Part shown: positions 57,734 through 64,000 of the stretch, piece after piece | Layout of the letters: each line of letters opens with the position of its first letter | Numbering within the stretch: position 1 is the first letter of the stretch | Assembly (NCBI GenBank): GCA_963772455.1 | Contig: CAVYXJ010000007.1 | Coordinates: 96,001-160,000, forward strand | Direction of reading: 5' to 3' | Origin: Candidatus Bathyarchaeota archaeon | GTDB taxonomy: Archaea > Thermoproteota > Bathyarchaeia > Bathyarchaeales > Bathycorpusculaceae | Length of the DNA: 64,000 nucleotides | The notes under the pieces: generated by a model | Database searches by the model: none | Told to the model about the DNA's origin: nothing | What the model saw: only the letters and a program-made list of their open reading frames with translations | Made by a program: the position numbers and the translations under genes

Positions 57734-57904
57734 AATCTAACCGAAAAATCGTTTGCTATAATTATCGTATTGGCTACTTATTTAGTTGCACTTAAAGCAT
57801 ATTTTCAACCTATGAGGTTTGAATAATTTTAATTCTAAACATTTTTCTTCGGCAACTTTGCTTCAAGACTTTCTTTGTTAGAGGCAACTAAATCAACGCC
57901 TGAA

Positions 57905-57931
57905 AAAGACTATTAAAGACTTAAAAAGACT
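57905..57931 (+). repeat. Three AAAGACT units at 10-bp spacing
   Basis: AAAGACT at 57905, 57915 and 57925. Confidence 0.6.
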
Positions 57932-58275
57932 AAAAAAACCCCAACCTAAAGACGCCACAAACCCCAAATTCTAAAAGCACCCAACACAAGCCCAGACATA
58001 AATCTGGCGCAGCAAACATTTCTTATTCTATCAGCCAGAAACAAGCAATTCAAATATTTTCTCTTTCCCTAAGCTTAAGGTTGTTTTCTTGAATGAACTC
58101 AATGAATTAACTCTATTGTAAAATGAAATAAACCTCAGCACTTAAACAAAATAACCATTTTGAAAAAGTTAAAAAATAATTGTCTACACTCATCGAACTC
58201 TAACAGAATAGAAAATTAAAACAATAGAGGGGATAGAACCTTATTGGCAAGTTCTATGTTTTGACTGGTGAAGAT

Positions 58276-58680
58276 TTAGGAAAACACAGAGAAGGATGAT
58301 TCGCCTTCGGGCTCGTTGTGTTTATCGTTAAGTTCCTTAATTTTCTTCTCCAGTTCCTCAACTTCTTTGGTGTTGCCCAATGCCTTATGGCTATCCCGTG
58401 CTTGCTCAAGTCCACTAACGCCATATCGGTCAAATCCTTTACTCAAGGCCACCTCTGCAGATTTTGTGAAGTACTCAGCAGCTTTCTGATACTCTTTTAA
58501 CTTAACGCTGCATTCGCCAGCTTTATAATTCATTTCTGCTGCCCCAAAATAGTTTTGTCCCTTGAAATAGAGTTCAGCTACTTTGACAAAAAGGTCTCTT
58601 GCCTCAACGCATTTACCGTTTTCCATTAACGCGTTAGCATCTTTATGCATTTTAATTGGGTCTTCTCTAACATTACTCAT
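58276..58680 (-). CDS. TPR/SNAP-like alpha-helical repeat protein
   Basis: Repeated A..F.K.AE.Y / AAE.F.K.AE helices; ATG at 58680. Confidence 0.75.
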   Translation of the reverse strand: MSNVREDPIKMHKDANALMENGKCVEARDLFVKVAELYFKGQNYFGAAEMNYKAGECSVKLKEYQKAAEYFTKSAEVALSKGFDRYGVSGLEQARDSHKALGNTKEVEELEKKIKELNDKHNEPEGESSFSVFS

Positions 58681-59110
58681 TTTATGCAACTCTTGTTATG
58701 TTTGTATTATTCTGGGAAGAAGTCACATTTAGATTTTCCTCTTCTAACCCACACCATTATCATTTGCTCGGGATTACGTACTCCTTAACTTATCTTTAAA
58801 TCAAATTTCTAATTGATACTAAATAAAACAATTGCAGAAATCATATGGCAATCCTCGCATTTTACATTTATCTTGAAATGTTTAATCAACATAAATTGAT
58901 AAATAAGTAAAGTTCCAAAGCGCTAAATGTATTCTTACTTTCCACATTTCGCAATGTCCCTGTAAAAACCACAACCACACAAATCTCTCCAAAACGCTAC
59001 AGCAAGATCTTTTTAAAAAACGAATTCTTTATTGAATAAATTTAGCAAAGATACTTTTATAGATCCTTAAAAGTAATATCTCTAAAACTATAACGCTGTG
59101 AAGTCTAACA

Positions 59111-59671
59111 ATGGAAAACCATAGCCCAAGAATAAAGCAGGAGGGTTATAACCATTCTGCAGTTTTTAAGATTATAGCGATAGCAATTTTCGCGGCACTT
59201 GTGTTTGTAGTCACTTCTCAAATTCCACCTATACCCATACCTGCCACTTCAGGTTACTTCAACATTGGAGAAACCACGATCTATATAGCCGCCTTAATTT
59301 TCGGACCATTAGTCGGTGCATTTGCAGGAGGAATAGGCTCGGCATTATCTGATGCTTTCTTAGGTTTTGGACTGTTTGCTCCAGGAACATTTTTTATCAA
59401 AGGTGGAGAAGGCTTAATCGTCGGTTTCCTAAATGCAACACTTAGAAGACGAATCTCAAACCTTACAGTTTGCGCCACAATCTCAGTATTAATTGGAGGA
59501 CTAGAAATGGTTGCAGGATACTTCCTTTATGAACAATTCATCATAGGCTATCCTTTTGCAGTTGCCTTAGCAGAAGTACCCTTCAATATTGTCCAAATGT
59601 TCATTGGCTTAATAGTCGCCATACCAGTTATGCACGCTGTTTTCCGTGTTATACCACAACTTAAAAGCTAG
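59111..59671 (+). CDS. ECF transporter S-component
   Basis: AIFAAL, GYFN.GE, FGP..GA..GG.G..LSD, IKG.EG, NIVQ. Confidence 0.9.
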   Translation: MENHSPRIKQEGYNHSAVFKIIAIAIFAALVFVVTSQIPPIPIPATSGYFNIGETTIYIAALIFGPLVGAFAGGIGSALSDAFLGFGLFAPGTFFIKGGEGLIVGFLNATLRRRISNLTVCATISVLIGGLEMVAGYFLYEQFIIGYPFAVALAEVPFNIVQMFIGLIVAIPVMHAVFRVIPQLKS

Positions 59672-59689
59672 ATTCAATAAGGTTTAGCT

Positions 59690-60718
59690 ATGAAGCTTCC
59701 ACCTGGAAAAATTCCAATAGACATCTTAAAAGATGTAGTTTTCAAGAACTTAGGAGCCAACCGCAAGGAAGTCACTTTAGGACCCGCAACAGGAGTAGAT
59801 GGCGCAGTTTTAGATTTTGGCAACAAGAACGCCATCGTCTCAATGGATCCAATAACCGGCGCAATCGAACGCATCGGCTGGTTATCCATAAACGTAAACG
59901 CCAACGACGTAGCTACATTTGGCGTAGAACCAGCTTTCTTCTTCTCATGCCTTCTCTTGCCTGAAAACGCAGACAGCAAAATTGTTGAAACCATAAGTAC
60001 CCAAATGCACAACGCCGCAAAAGACCTTGGAATCGCCATTGTAGGTGGACATTGTGAATCCACCCCTGGATTAACTAACCCAATTGTGGTAGGCTGCATT
60101 ATGGGTTTAACTGAAAAAGGCAAATACGTCACTTCCGCAGGAGCAAAAGCAGGCGATAAATTAATTTTAACTAAAAGCGCGGGGATTGAGGGCACAGCCA
60201 TCTTGGCCTCCGACCGCGAAGCCCAACTATCAAAAGTCTTTAATTCAGAAATTCTTGAAAGTGCAAAACACTTTTACAGCCAAATCAGCGTAGTCAAAGA
60301 TGCCTTAACTGCTTACAAAGCAGGCGGAGTTCACGCCATGCATGACCCAACTGAGGGCGGAATCTTGAACGGTATCCATGAAATGGCAGATGCTGCGGGT
60401 TTGGGAGTCAGTATTTTTAAAGAAAAAATTATGGTTGAACCAGAAACTGCGAAAATTTGCAGGTTTTATGAAATTGACCCTCTTCAGTTAATCAGTTCAG
60501 GCGCACTGCTAATAGCAGCTAATCCTGAAGCAGCTGACAAAATAATTGATGTCTTGTGCCAGGAGCATATTTATGCCGATATAATAGGGGAATTCAACCC
60601 AAGCCCAAATAAACGTATGCTGATACACAAAGATGATTCAGCGGAGATGCTTCCAAGACCCGTCTCAGACCATCTATGGATTGCCCTATCACGTGTTACT
60701 GATTCAACAAACATTTAG
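59690..60718 (+). CDS. AIR-synthase-related (PurM/HypE/ThiL fold) ATP-binding protein
   Basis: GKIP, G.DGAV, DPIT, NANDVA, GGHCE, MHDPTEGG, ISSG. Confidence 0.9.
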   Translation: MKLPPGKIPIDILKDVVFKNLGANRKEVTLGPATGVDGAVLDFGNKNAIVSMDPITGAIERIGWLSINVNANDVATFGVEPAFFFSCLLLPENADSKIVETISTQMHNAAKDLGIAIVGGHCESTPGLTNPIVVGCIMGLTEKGKYVTSAGAKAGDKLILTKSAGIEGTAILASDREAQLSKVFNSEILESAKHFYSQISVVKDALTAYKAGGVHAMHDPTEGGILNGIHEMADAAGLGVSIFKEKIMVEPETAKICRFYEIDPLQLISSGALLIAANPEAADKIIDVLCQEHIYADIIGEFNPSPNKRMLIHKDDSAEMLPRPVSDHLWIALSRVTDSTNI

Positions 60719-60730
60719 GTTCAATTCAGA

Positions 60731-61390
60731 CTATAACTTTTTTTTAATCAATATTCTAACAGTTAAACCATAAGTGGGAATATTAAACGATTTAAAAAAC
60801 AGCTTTCCCCCTAACTGCATTGCCAAATCATAGAATGATTCAACCTTAATCGATTCATAATCCAAAATCTCTGTAATGCATTTTTTCCATTGCAACGAAG
60901 TTTTAACATTAATGTGGGTTTCATCGTAATCGTTCATCAACTTTCGGATTGGTTTCTCAACTTTTCTATTGGGTGTTGTACATACAAGAGTGTTTTTGCA
61001 GACATTAAGCATGTTTACCAATGCTCTTTCTGGAAAAGGCAAGTGTTCCAATACATCAAAACAAGTTACTAAGTCAAACGATTCTGCTTTGAAAGGCATG
61101 TTTGTTTGAGCATCGCATACTACAAATTGGCTATTGCCGACGTTTTTTCCTTGTTTAGTTCCATACGTTGAGATATCAACTCCACAGGATTCATAACCTA
61201 ATCCAACAAGAATTCTTGTTGTGAAACCATAAGCGCAACCAACATCCAACGCTTTCTTGCCTTTTCCACTCAACAAGTCTTCAGACGTACCTTTCGAACC
61301 CCACCGTAAAACCTCCAAGACATGACGTTCAACTATTCCCTCCTTAAGCGAATACTTTCTATCATCGAAATACTTCTTCCCAAACTCCAA
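60731..61390 (-). CDS. Class I SAM-dependent methyltransferase
   Basis: LDVGCAYG, GVDIS, FDLV.CFDVLEH, TTPN. Confidence 0.9.
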   Translation of the reverse strand: MEFGKKYFDDRKYSLKEGIVERHVLEVLRWGSKGTSEDLLSGKGKKALDVGCAYGFTTRILVGLGYESCGVDISTYGTKQGKNVGNSQFVVCDAQTNMPFKAESFDLVTCFDVLEHLPFPERALVNMLNVCKNTLVCTTPNRKVEKPIRKLMNDYDETHINVKTSLQWKKCITEILDYESIKVESFYDLAMQLGGKLFFKSFNIPTYGLTVRILIKKKL

Positions 61391-61589
61391 TTAATTCGCC
61401 TCACAATTAAGAATAGGCAGTTTTAGAAAGCTATAAGGATAATTGCAACAATTTCAATCGTTCACATTCTAAAGAAAAAAATTAAAAACAAGACAAGGAG
61501 CCCAATTCATCAATAAGAAGATACAATCAAAGTCTTAACATTGTTTTTATAGATCTAATATGAAATAAGTACTAACAATTAATTGGCTA

Positions 61590-62636
61590 GTGACATTATT
61601 GGCGTCGGGTTTCAAAAAAGCAGCATCAATAGCAGCACGTTCTCTTTCACCAGGAAAACCCCACCATGCACAATGGTTGGTTACTAGAAAATGCAATTAT
61701 CGGTGCTTAGGTTGCAATGTCTGGAAAGAACAAGACAAAAATGAACTTTCAACTGAAGAAATAAAGAAAGGCTTAGATATTCTCAAAAAAATTGGAATAG
61801 TCGAACTTGTACTTTCCGGCGGTGACCCACTGCTTCGAGATGACATCGGAGAAATAGTCGAACATGCATCGAAACTGTTTGTTACAACTGTTTATGATAA
61901 TGGCAGTATGGCCGCAAAAAAAATAGATGCGTTGCGAAATGTGGATTTTGTTGCGATTTCTATTGACAGCCTAGATGAAGCAAAAAACGATTACATCAAA
62001 TCAGTGCCGGGCGCTTGGAAAAATGCTATGCAAGCAGTAGAAACTCTTCATAAAGAAGGAGTAAAAGTTAGTGTTACCCCGACAATTTCACAAAAGAACC
62101 TCTATGAAATCGTCGATATAACAAATTATTTTACGGGAAAAGGAATCCCTGTTTGGTATTGCCTATACTCTTATGATACCTCCGTTGATAGTAAACAATT
62201 GTTTAGAATTGGTAAAGCAAACGACGAGTTCGTAATAACCGATAAGCCAGCAATGGTTAACTTATGCAATTCACTTATGGAGATGAAGAAGAAAAACAAC
62301 AAAATTCTCATGACAGATAAACTGATTAAAGCTCTGCGAAGTCTGTATGAGGAAGAAAGCAAAAGAACCTGGAAATGCCAAGCTCTAAACCAATTTCTGG
62401 TTGTTGACCACTTAGGAAGGATTGCAGCCTGCCACAGCCACAACTTTGCCGGCTCAGTCTTTGATCTTCCCAAAAACTGGAAAAGCCCAGAATACAAACA
62501 ACTTAGAAAAACTTACCATGAATGCACCCAATGCAATTATCTTTGCTACGTTTTCTATTCAGTGCATGGAAATCCCTGGGGACATCTAACGCTTGCTAAA
62601 GATCAATGGAAAAATGCAAAAATGCTATTTAAGTAA
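61590..62636 (+). CDS. Radical SAM protein with SPASM/twitch-like C-terminus
   Basis: CNYRCLGC, SGGDP, ISIDS, C..G...C...CTQC..LC. Confidence 0.9.
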   Translation: MTLLASGFKKAASIAARSLSPGKPHHAQWLVTRKCNYRCLGCNVWKEQDKNELSTEEIKKGLDILKKIGIVELVLSGGDPLLRDDIGEIVEHASKLFVTTVYDNGSMAAKKIDALRNVDFVAISIDSLDEAKNDYIKSVPGAWKNAMQAVETLHKEGVKVSVTPTISQKNLYEIVDITNYFTGKGIPVWYCLYSYDTSVDSKQLFRIGKANDEFVITDKPAMVNLCNSLMEMKKKNNKILMTDKLIKALRSLYEEESKRTWKCQALNQFLVVDHLGRIAACHSHNFAGSVFDLPKNWKSPEYKQLRKTYHECTQCNYLCYVFYSVHGNPWGHLTLAKDQWKNAKMLFK

Positions 62637-62763
62637 CCTTAGATTTCTAAGTTCGAGTAAACCAAGAAAACTCTAATTTTTCCGTAGAAGGTTGAGGAAT
62701 TGTTTTTTTTCCTTAAATTTCATGCAATTAAGTTCTAAAGGCTAGCTTTATTCGCCAAAATAA

Positions 62764-63390
62764 TTAGACATTAGGAACCGAAAGAAACACATTATCAATC
62801 ACTTTACATAGAACCAAAAAAACTTCGTCAGCGCTCAAATTATCAGTATCTAAAACAAAATCAAACGGTTTAAAATCTTCACCTAAAATAAAACCGTACA
62901 ACTCCTTGTAAATGGCTTTAGTTCTCGCCTCTTTTTCCTGCAATACATCAAATGCCTCAGCAGCAGTCATCCCATCTCTTACCGCAACTCTTGCAGATCT
63001 TTTCTCAAATGACGCTTCAAGCCAGATTTTGAATCCATCCTTCAACAACCAAGGCATGGTCCAGCTATCCAAGAGAACATTTCCTTGTTGTGCATATTCC
63101 AAGAGTTTGTCGTCAACTGCCTTGTCAAATTTAGGGTCGTTTATACGTTCATTAAGAAAATTTAGTCCTTGAGGGCTCTCCCACCAACCTTGAAGAGAAA
63201 CATCATAACCTTCCTGTTTTGCCAATTCTTTCAACACGTCACCGCCGGAAAAATATCTTAATTTGTATTTCTCAGCGAGTTTTTTAGATAGTGTGCTTTT
63301 TCCAGTGCCAGCCATTCCAGATATACAAATTACGGTTTTTTTGGGAGTGGAGCAGTTTTTTTCTCGTTCGGCCATTTGGCTTTCATCCAT
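62764..63390 (-). CDS. cmk: Cytidylate kinase (archaeal type)
   Basis: ISGMAGTGKST, SGG, D..VD, R..R...RD, YK.LYG. Confidence 0.9.
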   Translation of the reverse strand: MDESQMAEREKNCSTPKKTVICISGMAGTGKSTLSKKLAEKYKLRYFSGGDVLKELAKQEGYDVSLQGWWESPQGLNFLNERINDPKFDKAVDDKLLEYAQQGNVLLDSWTMPWLLKDGFKIWLEASFEKRSARVAVRDGMTAAEAFDVLQEKEARTKAIYKELYGFILGEDFKPFDFVLDTDNLSADEVFLVLCKVIDNVFLSVPNV

Positions 63391-63400
63391 TTTTCGGGGC

Positions 63401-63919
63401 TTATATTGCGCCTTGTTCGATGGGCATTATACCAATTATTCGTGAGGAAAGCAACCCGAAGAACAGTGAACAGATGGGATACCAGTAAAACACTGGAATT
63501 GCACTATTAAGTGCAGTTCCGGGTATTGCCTGTGCATTTGCAATCGTGCCAATACCTGGTATGAAAGCCATAGGAGTATTTCCAAATACAGGGGTTAATA
63601 CTAAGAACCAAACGATTAGGTATACGAAAGAAATTCCGAACTGAACCATCTGGGGCTTCATCATTTTTGCCTGCATATTTTTAATTTGTGAATCTTTCTT
63701 TTTGAGTTTTTCAACCTGTTTCTTATCATTTGCCCTCATTGCAGCCATGGTTTCTGATCGGTATTCAGACATTTCCTTTTGCATAACCCGATATTGCTCC
63801 CACCCGATAAAATAGTTGATTAAAACCCTGTTTATTCCAGAGTTTAAGAAAGCAATTCCAGCTGCAATAGCCATAATTATGAGTGTTGCTAAAGGCAACG
63901 AAGTCACTACAACAGACAT
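63401..63919 (-). CDS. DUF106 / EMC3-TMCO1 (Oxa1 superfamily) membrane insertase
   Basis: TM-coiled coil-TM-TM, M.KP, WY..CS; adjacent to cmk; ATG at 63919. Confidence 0.88.
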   Translation of the reverse strand: MSVVVTSLPLATLIIMAIAAGIAFLNSGINRVLINYFIGWEQYRVMQKEMSEYRSETMAAMRANDKKQVEKLKKKDSQIKNMQAKMMKPQMVQFGISFVYLIVWFLVLTPVFGNTPMAFIPGIGTIANAQAIPGTALNSAIPVFYWYPICSLFFGLLSSRIIGIMPIEQGAI

Positions 63920-64000
63920 ATGATTTTCCTCTTGAGGTTCTAAGTCTAAGCGTACATGTTTCTTGTTAATAACTATTTTCACTTATTATGATTCTAAATA

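Noticed and set aside
63920-64000. VKIVINK resembling the C-terminus of archaeal adenylate kinase
   Set aside because: In-frame stops lie immediately upstream; it reads as the DUF106 promoter region.
1-64000. CRISPR arrays, rRNA, transposases/integrases, C/D-box sRNAs, fluoride riboswitch
   Set aside because: By-eye reading found no regularly spaced repeats, no such ORFs and no convincing C/D or crcB motifs; a covariance-model search could still find weak cases.

Overview
Gene-dense archaeal chromosome segment, most consistent with Bathyarchaeia (TACK); the taxonomy is inferred from gene content and protein style, not from a database search. Core genes: TFB, aIF1, TBP, dtdA-secE-spt5-L11-L1-L10, cysS, tRNA-Cys, RNase Z, Trm11, e-MtaB, Lhr, DNA ligase, prs, pyrE, argF, ilvC, cmk. 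A ~13 kb aryl-acid/aryl-CoA cluster (ACD-GNAT fusion, ACT protein, LIV-type ABC transporter, PaaK, IorAB, PaaI) has an IorA with an unusual 137-aa internal 4x[4Fe-4S] insertion. Two short genes missed by the ORF track were read by hand: a CdrS-like ribbon-helix-helix regulator and a zinc-ribbon Cren7-like chromatin protein. ftsZ is absent from both of its usual loci. The cdrS-like gene is instead followed by a 96-aa ORF that may be a GTPase-less FtsZ remnant. Also seen: three intergenic hairpin elements next to TATA-like boxes (candidate sRNAs), a 40-bp direct repeat bracketing a decayed 1.2-kb segment, two frameshifted genes, a kinase remnant, and a LarA homologue lacking both catalytic histidines. 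No CRISPR array, rRNA, integrase or transposase was seen.
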